Below, piece after piece: positions 38,654 to 50,620 of a stretch of 64,000 nucleotides of DNA. The notes under the pieces were generated by a model. That model had not been told where the DNA came from, did not search any database, and saw only the letters and a list, made by a program, of their open reading frames with translations. The position numbers and the translations under genes are program-made. Numbering within the stretch: position 1 is the stretch's first letter; every line of letters starts with the position of its first letter. The stretch is taken from contig JAFLTP010000007.1 of the NCBI GenBank assembly GCA_022510405.1, positions 1,343 to 65,342 on the forward strand, read 5' to 3'. The stretch comes from Muribaculaceae bacterium. GTDB taxonomy: Bacteria > Bacteroidota > Bacteroidia > Bacteroidales > Muribaculaceae.

Positions 38654-41145
38654 CCTTCTTGGGAAGCTTCTTGAGATTCTTCTTCTTGAATTTCTTCCTG
38701 CGGATCACTGTCGACTTTACAAACGGACGCAATAGTATCGCCACGCTTAGCCAAGTCAATCAATTTAACACCTTGAGTGTTCCTACCCATAACCCTAATA
38801 TCAGCGACCGACATACGAAGAGTGATACCACTTTGGTTAATTATCATAAGGTCGTTGGAATCGTTTACACTCTTAATAGCCACCAACGCTCCTGTTTTAT
38901 CAGTGATATTCATCGTCTTGACACCTTTGCCACCTCTATTCGTGATACGATAGTCATCAATAGCCGAACGTTTTCCGTATCCATTTTCAGAAACTACCAT
39001 TACAGTATCATTGGTGCCTTCTTCCATGGTTATCATACCGATAACCTCATCACCGTCTTCACCAAGCGTCATAGCGCGTACACCTGTGGACATACGACCC
39101 ATTTCACGCACTTTACTTTCATGGAAACGAATGGCACGACCTTCCTTATCAGCAATAATTACTTCAGAATTTCCGTCGGTGAGTCTGACTTGGATCACTT
39201 GATCGTCTTCACGAATTATAATAGCGTTAACTCCGTTGGCACGTGGACGAGAATACGCCTCAAGGGAAGTTTTCTTGATCACACCCTGTTTAGTGCAGAA
39301 AATTAGATTATGGGATTTATTGAATTCAGGGTCGTCAAAACTTTTAATTCTGATAAATGCATTGACTTCATCGTCAGAATCAAGATTCAAAAGATTTTGG
39401 ATAGCCCTGCCTTTAGTATTTTTTGCACCTTCAGGGATTTCATATACCTTGAGCCAGTAGCATCTTCCTTTCTTGGTGAAGAAGAGCATGTAGTTATGAT
39501 TTGAAGCAGGGTAGATGTATTCAATAAAATCAGAATCCCTGGTATCACTTCCTTTGGAACCTACCCCTCCACGGTTTTGAGCTCTGAAATCACTTAGCGG
39601 AGTGCGTTTGATATAACCGAGATGAGAAATGGTAATAATCATTTCATCATCAGCATAGAAGTCTTCGGCATTAAGGTCACCGGCAAAAGGATTAATTTTA
39701 GTACGTCTTTCATCACCATACTTATCCCTGATTTCGATGAGTTCATCCTTCATCACCTGTTTGCAGACTTCATCATTGTTAAGGATATCGTTCAAATGAG
39801 CGATCAATTTCATCAACTCATCATATTCCTTACGCAATTTCTCCATTTCGAGACCTGTGAGCTGACGGAGACGCATCTCCACGATAGCACGGGTCTGGAT
39901 TTCATCAAGATCAAATTTTTCAGAAAGACGTTGTCTGGCTTCATCGGTGGTTTGGGAAGAACGAATTATAGCAATGACTTCATCGATGTTGTCGCATGCT
40001 ATCATCAACCCGCGAAGTATGTGAGCCCTTTCCTCGGCCTTTCTCAACTCATAACGAGTTCTGCGTATCACCACTTCATGCCTATGTTCAACGAAAGCTT
40101 CAAGCAACTCCTTTAGATTGAGTGTCTTTGGACGTCCGTTAACAAGAGCAACGTTATTAACACTGAAAGTGGTTTGAAGTTGGGTGAGTTTAAAAAGTTT
40201 ATTAAGAACAACGTTGGCGTTAGCGTCACGTTTAATTTCAATGGCGATATGCATAACACCCCGAGCGGAAGTATCCTTAATATCAGCAATACCTTCCACT
40301 TTTTTCTCAATAGCAAGGTCGGCTATGCTTTTAACAAGATCATTTTTAATTACCCCGTAAGGAATTTCTGAAATGACAATCTGTTCGTGAGTTCCCGTGT
40401 TTTCTATTTCCGCCTTAGCCCTGATAACGATCCGACCTTTACCGGTGAGGAATGCATCCTTAACACCTTGAAGACCAAATATTTCACCTCCGGTTGGGAA
40501 ATCCGGGGCCTTAATATATTGCATAAGACCATCGATATCAATATCGGGATTATCGATTAAGGCGATACATGCATTAAGGGATTCCGAGAGATTATGAGGA
40601 GGCATATTAGTGGCCATACCAACCGCGATACCGGAAGCACCATTCACCAATAGGTTGGGAATACGAGTCGGGAGAACTGAAGGCTCCTCAAGGGTGTTAT
40701 CAAAATTAGGAACAAAATCAACTGTTTCCCGGTCAATATCCCGGAGCATTTCCTCGCCCATACGGTCAAGTTTGACCTCCGTGTAACGCATTGCAGCAGG
40801 AGAGTCGCCATCAATGGATCCGAAATTTCCTTGCCCGAAAACGAGAGGATATCTGAGTGACCATTCCTGGGCCATTCTCACCATTGTCATATAAATGGAA
40901 CTATCACCATGAGGGTGGTATTTACCCATGACCTCACCTACGATACGGGCAGATTTTTTGGTATCTCCGGAAAAGAAATTTCCGAGTTCATTCATGCCAT
41001 AAAGGACCCTACGGTGGACGGGTTTAAAACCATCACGCACATCAGGCAGAGCACGAGAAACTATAACCGACATCGAATAATCGATGTAGGCGCTTTTCAT
41101 TTCCGATTCTATATTAATCGGAATAATCTTATCATCACCTTGCAT
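38650..41145 (-). CDS. gyrA: DNA gyrase subunit A
   Basis: 831 aa with the motifs DGFKPVHRR, the active-site region AAMRYTE, and C-terminal beta-pinwheel repeats plus an acidic tail. Confidence 0.98.
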   Translation of the reverse strand: MQGDDKIIPINIESEMKSAYIDYSMSVIVSRALPDVRDGFKPVHRRVLYGMNELGNFFSGDTKKSARIVGEVMGKYHPHGDSSIYMTMVRMAQEWSLRYPLVFGQGNFGSIDGDSPAAMRYTEVKLDRMGEEMLRDIDRETVDFVPNFDNTLEEPSVLPTRIPNLLVNGASGIAVGMATNMPPHNLSESLNACIALIDNPDIDIDGLMQYIKAPDFPTGGEIFGLQGVKDAFLTGKGRIVIRAKAEIENTGTHEQIVISEIPYGVIKNDLVKSIADLAIEKKVEGIADIKDTSARGVMHIAIEIKRDANANVVLNKLFKLTQLQTTFSVNNVALVNGRPKTLNLKELLEAFVEHRHEVVIRRTRYELRKAEERAHILRGLMIACDNIDEVIAIIRSSQTTDEARQRLSEKFDLDEIQTRAIVEMRLRQLTGLEMEKLRKEYDELMKLIAHLNDILNNDEVCKQVMKDELIEIRDKYGDERRTKINPFAGDLNAEDFYADDEMIITISHLGYIKRTPLSDFRAQNRGGVGSKGSDTRDSDFIEYIYPASNHNYMLFFTKKGRCYWLKVYEIPEGAKNTKGRAIQNLLNLDSDDEVNAFIRIKSFDDPEFNKSHNLIFCTKQGVIKKTSLEAYSRPRANGVNAIIIREDDQVIQVRLTDGNSEVIIADKEGRAIRFHESKVREMGRMSTGVRAMTLGEDGDEVIGMITMEEGTNDTVMVVSENGYGKRSAIDDYRITNRGGKGVKTMNITDKTGALVAIKSVNDSNDLMIINQSGITLRMSVADIRVMGRNTQGVKLIDLAKRGDTIASVCKVDSDPQEEIQEEESQEASQEG

Positions 41146-41198
41146 TCTAAAAATATTTATGACTTCAAGGGCTAAAAAGTGCCTATTAAAGTCATAGG

Positions 41199-41206
41199 CA
41201 AAATTA
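41199..41206 (-). promoter_or_regulatory. -7 promoter box (TAATTTTG) for gyrA
   Basis: The + strand caaaatta is TAATTTTG on the minus strand, about 54 nt upstream of the gyrA ATG. Confidence 0.5.
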
Positions 41207-41331
41207 CATAATTAAAGTGAAACTGGCAAACGTAAAGAAGTTCATAAAAAAGCCTGATAAAATATTGGCACATAATTTGCAATAATATCAATTAGAAATA
41301 AATACAGGTAAAAAACCAAGGAAAATATTTA

Positions 41332-43887
41332 ATGAAAAATGACTATTCAAGGCAGTTTCGTCCTATATTGGAAACTGCATACCAGGAAGCAAGGAAATTC
41401 AATTCACCGGTTATACTGAGTGAACATTTCGTCTTGGGAGCCCTCCATAATCAAGACGGGTATGCTTTCAGAATCTTGAGCCATTTGAATATTCCGGTCT
41501 CAGACATTGCTCAAGAACTGGAACAATACCTTCAGTCTGCAGAAGTTCCGAAAGAGAGTACTACACTTTTTGAGCAACATTTCAAAATTTCCTTATCAGC
41601 CATAAGGCATTTGCATCTTGCAGTGTCAGAAGCACGAAAGATGAATGCTAATGTGGTGTCGGGAGAACACATACTATTGGCCCTTATACATGATCAAAGA
41701 GCTATGGACAGTGAAGTTTTAAAGAAAATAAAGGAAAAATATCTCAATTTTGACATCACCATCCAAAATATCAGCGACATGCAATTACCCAAAGGAGGTA
41801 AGAATTTTGGAGACGATGATGAAGATGAAGAAGAAATGTCGCCTTTCGGACAATTTGGAGGCAACGCACCCAAAGGACAAGGCAACCAACAGAAGGGAAG
41901 CGGTCAGAAATCTGAGACACCGGCACTTGACAAATTTGGATACGATATGACCAAGGCAGCTTCCGACGGCTCCCTTGACCCAGTTGTTGGCCGAGAGACA
42001 GAGATTGAACGTCTTGCACAAATCCTTTCCAGAAGGAAAAAGAATAACCCTGTTCTTATAGGAGAACCGGGAGTAGGTAAGTCTGCGATTGTAGAAGGTC
42101 TTGCCCTTAGAATCGTTCAACATCAAGTTCCAAGAGTGTTATTCAACAAGAGAGTGATAGGACTTGATATGGCGGGAATGGTGGCAGGTACCAAATACAG
42201 AGGCCAGTTTGAAGAAAGAATCAAAGCAGTGCTTGATGAACTTCAAAAGAATCCGGATATCATTCTATTTATAGATGAGATACACACGATTGTAGGAGCC
42301 GGAGGAGCAGCAGGATCGATGGACGCGGCCAATATGTTAAAGCCGGCTTTGGCAAGAGGAGAAATCCAATGCGTAGGTGCGACAACCCTGGACGAGTACC
42401 GTCAAAACATAGAAAAAGACGGAGCTTTGGAAAGAAGGTTTCAAAAGGTTATGGTGGAACCGACAAGTCCGGAAGAAACATTGGAAATCTTAAGAAAGGT
42501 AAAAGACAAGTATGAATCACATCATAATGTGAATTATACCGATGAAGCATTGCAGGCTTGTGTTGATTTGACACAAAGATATGTGAGCGACAGAAATTTC
42601 CCCGACAAAGCGCTCGATGCACTTGATGAAGCGGGTTCAAGAGTACATATATCCAACATAGTTGTTCCTGAAGAGATTGAAAAGCTTGAAAAGGAAGTTG
42701 AGGAAGTAACCGAGCAAAAATTATCTGCAGCAAAAGCCCAGAACTTTGAACTTGCAGCCCAACTAAGGGATACAGAGTCGAAGAAAAAAGCCGAACTTGA
42801 AAAAGCAAAGCAAGAATGGGAAAAAAGGATAGACAGCGAGAGGCAAGAGGTAGACGAGGAAAATGTGGCTGAGGTAGTAGCCATGATGACCGGAGTTCCC
42901 ACCCAAAGGATTGCCCAAGCAGAAGGTACGAGACTTCTTAAAATGGGTGATATGCTTGAAGGAGCTGTAATCGGACAAGATGATGCCATAAAGAAAGTTG
43001 TGAAAGCTATCCAAAGGAACAGGATCGGACTAAAAAATCCTGACAAACCGATAGGAGTATTCATGTTCTTAGGTCCAACCGGTGTTGGTAAGACTCACCT
43101 TGCAAAAAAAATAGCAGAATATCTTTTTGACTCCAAAGATGCTTTAATCAGAATGGACATGAGTGAGTTTATGGAAAAATTCACTGTCTCCAGACTTGTT
43201 GGAGCGCCTCCGGGATATGTAGGATATGAAGAGGGCGGTCAGTTAACCGAAAAGGTAAGAAGGCATCCCTACTCAGTGGTATTGCTTGATGAAATCGAGA
43301 AAGCCCATCCCGACGTGTTTAATCTTCTACTGCAAGTTATGGATGAAGGCAGACTTACTGACTCATTAGGAAGAAAGATCGACTTCAAAAACACCATCCT
43401 TATAATGACCAGCAATGTCGGCTCACGCCAACTTAAGGAATTCGGTGGTGGAGTAGGTTTCAACACTGAAGAAGTTTCAAAGCAACAAGCACATGGAGTG
43501 ATCTCCAAAGCTTTAAACCGAGCATTCTCTCCGGAATTCTTGAACCGTGTTGACGATATCATCATGTTTGACCAACTTGACAAGGAGGCCATCATCAAGA
43601 TTATCGACATAGAATTGAAGGACTATTATTCCAGAGTAGAAAAATTGGGATTTGCCCTAACAATCAGTGATGAAGCCAAGAATTTCATGGCAGAGAAAGG
43701 ATATGACAGAAATTTCGGAGCAAGACCATTGAAGAGATCCATTCAGAAATATCTCGAAGATGAATTGGCTGAATTAATGTTGAAGCTTAATGCAGAAGGC
43801 CAAATAGGAGGCACAATCAGTGTCAACTATAAGGAAGGTGAAGAAAAGCCAACATTGGAGTATCAACCATTGGTTGATGTTGAGTAA
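41332..43887 (+). CDS. clpC: ATP-dependent Clp protease ATP-binding subunit ClpC
   Basis: 851 aa with two Clp_N repeats, two AAA+ modules ([16 protein letters not shown]), a UVR-like linker motif [11 protein letters not shown], and a ClpP-docking loop GGGVGF. Confidence 0.9.
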   Translation: MKNDYSRQFRPILETAYQEARKFNSPVILSEHFVLGALHNQDGYAFRILSHLNIPVSDIAQELEQYLQSAEVPKESTTLFEQHFKISLSAIRHLHLAVSEARKMNANVVSGEHILLALIHDQRAMDSEVLKKIKEKYLNFDITIQNISDMQLPKGGKNFGDDDEDEEEMSPFGQFGGNAPKGQGNQQKGSGQKSETPALDKFGYDMTKAASDGSLDPVVGRETEIERLAQILSRRKKNNPVLIGEPGVGKSAIVEGLALRIVQHQVPRVLFNKRVIGLDMAGMVAGTKYRGQFEERIKAVLDELQKNPDIILFIDEIHTIVGAGGAAGSMDAANMLKPALARGEIQCVGATTLDEYRQNIEKDGALERRFQKVMVEPTSPEETLEILRKVKDKYESHHNVNYTDEALQACVDLTQRYVSDRNFPDKALDALDEAGSRVHISNIVVPEEIEKLEKEVEEVTEQKLSAAKAQNFELAAQLRDTESKKKAELEKAKQEWEKRIDSERQEVDEENVAEVVAMMTGVPTQRIAQAEGTRLLKMGDMLEGAVIGQDDAIKKVVKAIQRNRIGLKNPDKPIGVFMFLGPTGVGKTHLAKKIAEYLFDSKDALIRMDMSEFMEKFTVSRLVGAPPGYVGYEEGGQLTEKVRRHPYSVVLLDEIEKAHPDVFNLLLQVMDEGRLTDSLGRKIDFKNTILIMTSNVGSRQLKEFGGGVGFNTEEVSKQQAHGVISKALNRAFSPEFLNRVDDIIMFDQLDKEAIIKIIDIELKDYYSRVEKLGFALTISDEAKNFMAEKGYDRNFGARPLKRSIQKYLEDELAELMLKLNAEGQIGGTISVNYKEGEEKPTLEYQPLVDVE

Positions 43888-43949
43888 GTATAACTTTGAT
43901 ATAAAATTATATTAGCACATCAAGTTATATATGGTAATTGTGAAAGAGT

Positions 43950-43977
43950 GTCCGGATGCAGGTCCGGACATTTTTTT
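43950..43977 (+). terminator. Rho-independent terminator of clpC
   Basis: gtccgga-tgcagg-tccggac followed by ATTTTTTT. Confidence 0.75.
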
Positions 43978-43981
43978 ATGA

Positions 43982-46423
43982 TTAAAAGAGGAGTGCGATC
44001 CGGAAAGTGATCCAGGCGAGTCCCCAGGCAAGTGTTGTGTTGTAAAGTACAGAGAATAGTCCCCATTTCCAAGTACCCGTTTCTTTAACAATTGCTGTGA
44101 TAGTGGCTACACATGGGAAATATAAAAGAACAAAAACAAGGAATCCTAAGGCTGAAGCCGTGGTGAAAGGAGCCTTCCCCGTGATTTTAGAAGGAGTCTT
44201 TAAACGAGCAGAAAGCAGTTCGGCATCATCATCTCCAACATAAAGGACACCGAGTGTAGAAACGATCACTTCTTTGGCAGCACAACCTGCAAGGAGAGAA
44301 CAACATGCCTTCCACCCAAGATCAAGGGGTTCCATAACAGGTTGCACGAATCGTCCTATGTAACTAAGTATTGAATGGCTTTCCTGATATTCATTCAAAA
44401 TCACTTCAGAGAGTTGTTCTTCATCTGCATTCTCCAAAATTTGTTCAGGTAATTCAGCCATAGAATTTACCGTGAAACTTTCGGGTACATCATTTTGATT
44501 ATAACGAGGGAAATATGATAAAGCCCAAATAATAATGGCAGCCACCAGAATCAATCCTCCCATTTTTTTGATATATTGGTCGGCCTTCGACCACATATTT
44601 CTTAAAGTAGCTTTCCATGTGGGTAACCGGTAAGGTGGAAGTTCCATAACAAATGGAGTTTCATCAGCCTTAAACCAGAATCTTCTCATTAATCTGGCAG
44701 TGATTACAGCCACAATAATCCCCAAAAGATAAAGACCTACAAAAATCCAGGCTCCGTAATGAGGAAAGAAGGCACCAGCAAGAAGTACATATATAGGAAT
44801 TCGTGCAGAGCAACTAATAAATGGATTGATTAAAATAGTAATCAGTCTGCTGGAATGGCTCTCAATAATTCTTGTTGACATTATTGCGGGAACATTGCAG
44901 CCGAAACCCATCACCATGGGAATAAATGATTTTCCGTGCAAACCCATTTTGTGCATGAGTTTATCCATGATGAAAGCCACTCTTGCCATATATCCCGAGT
45001 CTTCCATAAAAGAAATGAAAGTATAAAGGATGAGAATGTTTGGAAGGAAAACGATAACCGAACCAACACCACCAATAATACCGTCAAGAATAAGATCTTT
45101 CAGAGGGCCCGGGTGCATATATTTTCCAATCAACTCCGAAACCCAAGAAATCAGAGCTTCAATCCATTCCATAGGATACGATCCAATTTGGAAAGTTGCC
45201 CAAAACATAAGCCACATCACCAACAGAAAAATAGGGAAACCAAAAAGCTTGTTGGTGACAAATGTATCAATAATTTTAGTGGAGTTGTCGATTTTTTCGC
45301 CCTCTGACGCCATAGTTTCTGCAAGAGCACCCTGGATAAACCCGAATTTTTCAGCAGAAATCAAAGCACTGGCGTCCTCCCCCAAATCTTTTTCGAGACG
45401 GGAATTTTGAGCATCCCTGATTTTCTCCCATAACGGATAGTTTGGATATTTTTCGAGCATTCTTTTCATCTCCGGATCTTTCTCAAGCATTTTAATTGCC
45501 AAGAAACGGGGAGAAAACCTTTGAGGGAGATCAGAATCTTCTTTCAGTGCATCAATAAGTTTTCGCACAGCATCCTCAATTTCCGGACGCATTGTGATAT
45601 GAATATGCCTTGTATCGGGATTCTGAAGTTCATACACCTGAATTATAGTGTCAAGAAGATTATCAATTCCCCAGCCGGTTGCCGCAACAGTGGGAATAAT
45701 CGGAACCCCCAACATCTTTCCCAAAATATCGTGCTCGAGTTTGATATTTTTCTTTTCCAACTCATCAAACATGTTGAGAGCAATAACCATGCTTCTATTC
45801 ATGTCGATGAGTTCAGTCGTAAGGAAAAGATTACGTTCCAGGTTGGAAGCAACAACCACGTTTACGATAACGTCAGGGGTCTCCTCCTTAAGATAACGCA
45901 TCACATAAAGTTCTTCAGGTGAGTATGCAGACAAAGAATAAGTGCCGGGAAGGTCGACCACATTAAATTCATAACCCTTGTATTTCATTTTTCCTTCCTT
46001 GGCCCCAACTGTTACGCCTGCATAATTTCCCACATGTTCATGTGCACCTGAAACGATATTGAAAAGGGAGGTCTTGCCACAATTGGGATTTCCTACCAGG
46101 GCGATATTGATAGTTTTGGCTTTACTAACCTTTTGAGTTTCTATGGATTCCTGAAAAGGTTTTACGTGTATTTTTTCTTCAACCTCATGTTCCCATTCAT
46201 CCAGAGGTTCAATCTCAATCATATGGGCCTCTGATTTACGAAGCGAAACCTCATAGTCCATCAAATGGAACTTGATAGGGTCTTGAAGGGGAGCATTCAG
46301 AACGAGTGTTATTTCTCGGCCCTTAACAAAACCCATTTCCATGACTCTTTTACGAAAAGCGCCATGACCTAAAATTTTAACTATGACACCGGTTTCACCT
46401 GGTTTTAAGTCTGAAAGCCTCAT
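43982..46423 (-). CDS. feoB: Ferrous iron transporter, FeoA-FeoB fusion
   Basis: The N-terminal FeoA SH3-like domain begins MRLSDLKPGETGVIV, followed by the G-domain GNPNCGKTSLFN and a polytopic permease. The track start at 46447 is a TTG lying inside the predicted promoter; the ATG at 46423 is preferred. Confidence 0.92.
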   Translation of the reverse strand: MRLSDLKPGETGVIVKILGHGAFRKRVMEMGFVKGREITLVLNAPLQDPIKFHLMDYEVSLRKSEAHMIEIEPLDEWEHEVEEKIHVKPFQESIETQKVSKAKTINIALVGNPNCGKTSLFNIVSGAHEHVGNYAGVTVGAKEGKMKYKGYEFNVVDLPGTYSLSAYSPEELYVMRYLKEETPDVIVNVVVASNLERNLFLTTELIDMNRSMVIALNMFDELEKKNIKLEHDILGKMLGVPIIPTVAATGWGIDNLLDTIIQVYELQNPDTRHIHITMRPEIEDAVRKLIDALKEDSDLPQRFSPRFLAIKMLEKDPEMKRMLEKYPNYPLWEKIRDAQNSRLEKDLGEDASALISAEKFGFIQGALAETMASEGEKIDNSTKIIDTFVTNKLFGFPIFLLVMWLMFWATFQIGSYPMEWIEALISWVSELIGKYMHPGPLKDLILDGIIGGVGSVIVFLPNILILYTFISFMEDSGYMARVAFIMDKLMHKMGLHGKSFIPMVMGFGCNVPAIMSTRIIESHSSRLITILINPFISCSARIPIYVLLAGAFFPHYGAWIFVGLYLLGIIVAVITARLMRRFWFKADETPFVMELPPYRLPTWKATLRNMWSKADQYIKKMGGLILVAAIIIWALSYFPRYNQNDVPESFTVNSMAELPEQILENADEEQLSEVILNEYQESHSILSYIGRFVQPVMEPLDLGWKACCSLLAGCAAKEVIVSTLGVLYVGDDDAELLSARLKTPSKITGKAPFTTASALGFLVFVLLYFPCVATITAIVKETGTWKWGLFSVLYNTTLAWGLAWITFRIALLF

Positions 46424-46450
46424 AATTTTCAAAAGAGGAAAAGTCAATTA

Positions 46451-46458
46451 CAAAATTA
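46451..46458 (-). promoter_or_regulatory. -7 promoter box (TAATTTTG) for feoAB
   Basis: Perfect TAnnTTTG on the minus strand, 28 nt upstream of the ATG at 46423. Confidence 0.5.
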
Positions 46459-46597
46459 ATGAAATTAAAAATTCAAAGAGATTAGGAAATAGAAAATACC
46501 TAAAAGTAGGTATGAGGAATTCGGATAGAATAGGGACAAGGGATTTGAGAGGAGAGCCTAATGAAGTGTGGCAAGAGATAGAGTAGGGTGTAAAGGA

Positions 46598-46634
46598 ATA
46601 AAAAAGGCTGACGAAAATCCGGTTTTCATCAGCC
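46598..46634 (-). terminator. Rho-independent terminator of the S9 peptidase gene
   Basis: The minus strand reads ggctgatgaaaa-ccgga-ttttcgtcagcc (11 of 12 bp paired) followed by TTTTTTATT. Confidence 0.75.
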
Positions 46635-46663
46635 CATGTTTTTCTACTTTGTTTTTCTTTGTT

Positions 46664-48757
46664 TTATTTGAGGTATTTGTCGAGGAAACGGAAGAATACT
46701 CGTTGCCATAGAATAGCATTCTGTGGTTTCAGAACCCAGTGATTTTCATCCGGGAAAACGAGCATCTCACATTCAAGGCCATGCATTTTTGCAGCATTGA
46801 ATGCCATCATACCTTGTGAGGCGAGAATACGATAATCAAGTTCTCCAACAGTTACCAGAATCGGAGCTGTCCAATCATTAACAAAGAGGTGAGGAGAATT
46901 TGCATAAGTCTTTTGAGCAATACTATTTGACTTATCCCAATAGGGACCACCAAGGTCGAAATCAGCAAACCACATTTCTTCAGTCTCAAGATACTGAGCC
47001 TCCAAATTGAAAATACCGGCATGAGCAATGAGCGCTGCAAAACGTCCCTCATGATGACCGGCTAACCAATAAACGGAAAAACCTCCGTAACTTGCACCGA
47101 TAGCACCGATTTTAGACTTGTCAACATATGGTTGGGCTGCAATATAATCAGCCGCAGAAAGATAATCTTTCATATTCTGACCACCGTAATCACCTGATAT
47201 CTGACGATTCCATTCAGTTCCGAAACCCGGAACACCTCGACGGTTAGGGGCTATGACAACATAACCGTTGGCAGCCATAATCATAAAATTCCAACGATAA
47301 CTCCAGAATTGACTAACGGCACTTTGTGGACCTCCCTGACAATAAAGGATAGCAGGATATTTTTTGTTAGGGTCAAAATCAGGGGGTAATATAATCCAAG
47401 AAAGCATTTCTTTGCCATCGGTGGTCGGTACCATTACCTTTTGTACTTCACCGAGTTTCAATTGAGAAATAAGTTCAGAATTGACGGAAGTAAGTTGTTT
47501 AACTTCCTGTCCTTTGGCAACACAATATATTTCATTGGGTTCCCTCATAGAATGGCGAAGAGAAATTGCGGCATTATCAGAAATGGGGGCTACAGAGGCA
47601 TAATCATACACGCCATCAGCTATTGTTTCAATATTACAATCGGCCAGACTGATTTTAAACACAGGTTCCACACCTTGATAATATGCCACAAACCAAATAG
47701 ACTCACCATTAGGACTCCATGCGATTTGTTCGGGCCAATAATCCCAGTTGGCTGTTAGATCTGTCATTTCATTAGATGCCAAATCCAAAACCATGAGGCG
47801 TTTCTTATCGCTCTCATATTTTGGAGTTGCCATGGAGAGCCATGCAAGTTTCGAACCGTCGGGAGAGAACACGGGGTCAGTGTCATAACCAGGCATGCCT
47901 TCGGTTAGACATTTAGTGCTGCCATTTTCAAGATTATAAAGATAGAGATTACTGTCGGTGGAAAAAGAATAATCCATACCTTTCTGTTTACGGCTGACAT
48001 ATACAAGGGACTTACCATCGGGAGCCCATGCAAAAGCATCAGCTCCTCCGAAAGGTCGCATCGGACATTCATATGGTTCTCCTTCCATAATATCCTTGTG
48101 ATTTGAAATGCCTTCGAGAGAGAAATCAGCGATAAAAGGGTGTGGAATCTGAGTTACCCATTCATCCCAATGCTTATACATAAGATCATCAACAACGCGA
48201 CCGGTGGTTTTAGGAAGATCTTTGAATAAATCTTCATCCTTTTGATTGAAATCATCTATAGGAGATCCATAAACAATTTTCTTACCGTCGGGAGATATTT
48301 CAAAACACTCGATTCCATTCTTAACCTCAGATAATCTTTTCACATTGGAGCCATCTGCATCCATAACAAACACCTGCATAGAATTGAGGTCATTGTCTTT
48401 ACGGAGGAATGCAATTTTTTCACCATTTTCAATCCAACGTATATTAGATTCAGAGGAGGCAGTTTTGGTGAGTCTTGTCAAATCGGAACCATCTGATTTC
48501 ATTTTATAGATTTCAGCATTCGACTTGTTTTCCTGAATATCTTCATAAGAAAGAGTGAAGATAACCGAAGACCCATCGGGTGATGGAACAGCCTGTGAGA
48601 TTCGTCCAAAAGCCTCAAGAACTTCCGGAGTCAGCATTCCGTTTTTAACTTCAATTTCAGGTTTTTCAATAATTTTCTGTTCAGTTTTCTCTTCATGTCC
48701 ACAGGAAGCAAGAAGAGGCAGAACCAATGATCCCATGATAACAGACGTTTTATTCAT
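46664..48757 (-). CDS. S9-family serine peptidase (prolyl oligopeptidase/acylaminoacyl-peptidase-like) lipoprotein
   Basis: 697 aa with the lipobox LLASC, beta-propeller repeats, the nucleophile motif GASYGG, and a C-terminal D...H. Confidence 0.88.
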   Translation of the reverse strand: MNKTSVIMGSLVLPLLASCGHEEKTEQKIIEKPEIEVKNGMLTPEVLEAFGRISQAVPSPDGSSVIFTLSYEDIQENKSNAEIYKMKSDGSDLTRLTKTASSESNIRWIENGEKIAFLRKDNDLNSMQVFVMDADGSNVKRLSEVKNGIECFEISPDGKKIVYGSPIDDFNQKDEDLFKDLPKTTGRVVDDLMYKHWDEWVTQIPHPFIADFSLEGISNHKDIMEGEPYECPMRPFGGADAFAWAPDGKSLVYVSRKQKGMDYSFSTDSNLYLYNLENGSTKCLTEGMPGYDTDPVFSPDGSKLAWLSMATPKYESDKKRLMVLDLASNEMTDLTANWDYWPEQIAWSPNGESIWFVAYYQGVEPVFKISLADCNIETIADGVYDYASVAPISDNAAISLRHSMREPNEIYCVAKGQEVKQLTSVNSELISQLKLGEVQKVMVPTTDGKEMLSWIILPPDFDPNKKYPAILYCQGGPQSAVSQFWSYRWNFMIMAANGYVVIAPNRRGVPGFGTEWNRQISGDYGGQNMKDYLSAADYIAAQPYVDKSKIGAIGASYGGFSVYWLAGHHEGRFAALIAHAGIFNLEAQYLETEEMWFADFDLGGPYWDKSNSIAQKTYANSPHLFVNDWTAPILVTVGELDYRILASQGMMAFNAAKMHGLECEMLVFPDENHWVLKPQNAILWQRVFFRFLDKYLK

Positions 48758-48777
48758 CGTGAGGTTTGTTAAAAGTT

Positions 48778-50607
48778 TTATTTTTTATATTTTTTCAAAT
48801 TTAATGGAAATAATTTTTTTATGATATCAAACCGACCTATTTTTTTTAAATCTTTAAGTATCTCATCTTTTTCTTCCTTCTTATACCAAAAGAACATTCT
48901 TCTTTGAGAGAGTTTATCCTTTTCATTAGTGGCAGTATAAACTTTTTCACCTGTGTAAGGATGAATCCCTGAATAAAAAATTTCAGAAGCAAGAGTCATT
49001 GGAGTAGGAGTGAAGTCTTGAACCTGTTCAAGATGGAAATTCAGATCCTTAGTGTCGACAGCCAGTTCAGCCATATCGTTAAGATCACAACCGGGATGAG
49101 AAGAAATGAAATAAGGAATAAGTTGTTGATTTAAATTAAATTTTCTGTTGATATTATCAAAAATTCCCTTGAATTTTTTGAAGAGTGAAAAAGATGGCTT
49201 TCTCATCAAATTAAGAACCTTATCCGAAGTATGTTCGGGAGCGACTTTCAATCTACCACTCACATGGTTTTTTATCAGTTCAGAAATATATTCACGGTTA
49301 GCGGCCTCAACTTTGGGATTTCCCGAATATGCCATTGCAAGATCATAGCGGAGTCCACTCCCAACAAAAGATTTTTTTATCTTATTATTAGAATCCACAC
49401 TTTTGTAAATATCCAGAAGTTTTGAATGATCAACTTCAAGATTGGGACAAACCATGGGATGAAGGCAGGAAGGTTTCACACATTTTTTACAAATTTCTTT
49501 ATTTTTCCCTCCAAGCGCGTACATATTGGCAGAGGGTCCGCCTAAATCTGATATATACCCTTTAAAGTCATTCATTTGTGTGACTTTATCAACTTCATTA
49601 AGAATGGAATCCTTGGAACGAGAAGAAATAAATTTACCTTGATGAGCTGAAATCGTGCAAAACGCGCAACCCCCGAAACACCCGCGATGTAGAGTTATGG
49701 AATGTCGAATCATTTCATATGCAGGAATCACTTTCCCTTTATAGCGAGGGTGAGGTACTCTAGTGAAAGGAAGAGCATATATGGCATCCATTTCTTCCTG
49801 TGTCATAGGAGGATGCATGGGATTAATTTTAATCATTCGGTTGCCATGCTTTTGCCATATGACCTTTCCGGAATATTTATTAGACTCCTCCTCAACTTTT
49901 CTAAAATTTTGGGACTGAAATCTTTTATCCTTCAGACAACTTTCAAAACTATTAAGGATAATATCTGCCTCCGATGGTTTTTCGTTTGAAAAAAACACAG
50001 TTTGGGGAACATTTGTAATATCCTGAATTTTCTCTCCGGCTGCCAATCTATCAGCCAATTCCTTCATAGTTTTTTCACCCATTCCATAGCAGAGCATATC
50101 CGCATTACAGTCAAGAAGAATAGAAGGTTTCAAATTATCTTGCCAATAATCGTAGTGTGATACTCTTCTAAGAGAAGCCTCAATACCTCCCGCTATTACC
50201 GGGACATCAGGGAATAAATCTTTAAGAATTTTAGAATAGACAATAGTTGGATAGTCAGGCCGCATACCATGTTTATCACCGGGAGTATAGGCATCAGTAT
50301 GGCGCAACCTTCTATTTGCAGTGTAATGATTTACCATAGAATCCATGGCACCCGCCGAAACACCAAAAAAAAGACGAGGTTTGCCAAGTTTCTTGAAATC
50401 TCTTAGATCGTCTCTCCAATTAGGCTGGGGCACCAATGCAACTTTATATCCGGCATCCTGAAGCACTCTTCCAATCACAGCTGCTCCAAAAGAAGGATGA
50501 TCAACATAAGCATCACCTGAAAATAAAATGATATCAGGCTGATTCCAACCTAACTTTTCAATTTCATCCTTTGAGGTGGGAAGAAAATATTTTTTGTTGA
50601 TATCCAT
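48778..50607 (-). CDS. ygiQ: YgiQ-family radical SAM protein (UPF0313)
   Basis: Carries the radical-SAM cluster motif CFGGCAFC and the family N-terminus. The track start at 50643 is a TTG; the ATG at 50607 (MDINKKYFLP) is preferred. Confidence 0.85.
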   Translation of the reverse strand: MDINKKYFLPTSKDEIEKLGWNQPDIILFSGDAYVDHPSFGAAVIGRVLQDAGYKVALVPQPNWRDDLRDFKKLGKPRLFFGVSAGAMDSMVNHYTANRRLRHTDAYTPGDKHGMRPDYPTIVYSKILKDLFPDVPVIAGGIEASLRRVSHYDYWQDNLKPSILLDCNADMLCYGMGEKTMKELADRLAAGEKIQDITNVPQTVFFSNEKPSEADIILNSFESCLKDKRFQSQNFRKVEEESNKYSGKVIWQKHGNRMIKINPMHPPMTQEEMDAIYALPFTRVPHPRYKGKVIPAYEMIRHSITLHRGCFGGCAFCTISAHQGKFISSRSKDSILNEVDKVTQMNDFKGYISDLGGPSANMYALGGKNKEICKKCVKPSCLHPMVCPNLEVDHSKLLDIYKSVDSNNKIKKSFVGSGLRYDLAMAYSGNPKVEAANREYISELIKNHVSGRLKVAPEHTSDKVLNLMRKPSFSLFKKFKGIFDNINRKFNLNQQLIPYFISSHPGCDLNDMAELAVDTKDLNFHLEQVQDFTPTPMTLASEIFYSGIHPYTGEKVYTATNEKDKLSQRRMFFWYKKEEKDEILKDLKKIGRFDIIKKLFPLNLKKYKK

Positions 50608-50620
50608 AATATCCCTTCTT

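Noticed and set aside
38517-38759. Poly-Asn ORF (38520..38759, minus) and poly-Val/Ile ORF (38517..38735, plus)
   Set aside because: These are translation artefacts of the GTT/AAC low-complexity spacer. They overlap the gyrA 3' end and the TPR gene start.
46496-46513. Palindrome ATACCTA-aaag-TAGGTAT upstream of feoAB as a possible Fur box
   Set aside because: It bears no resemblance to the GATAATGATAATCATTATC-type Fur consensus and lies about 40 nt upstream of the -7 box. A 7-bp dyad in AT-rich DNA is not significant on its own.
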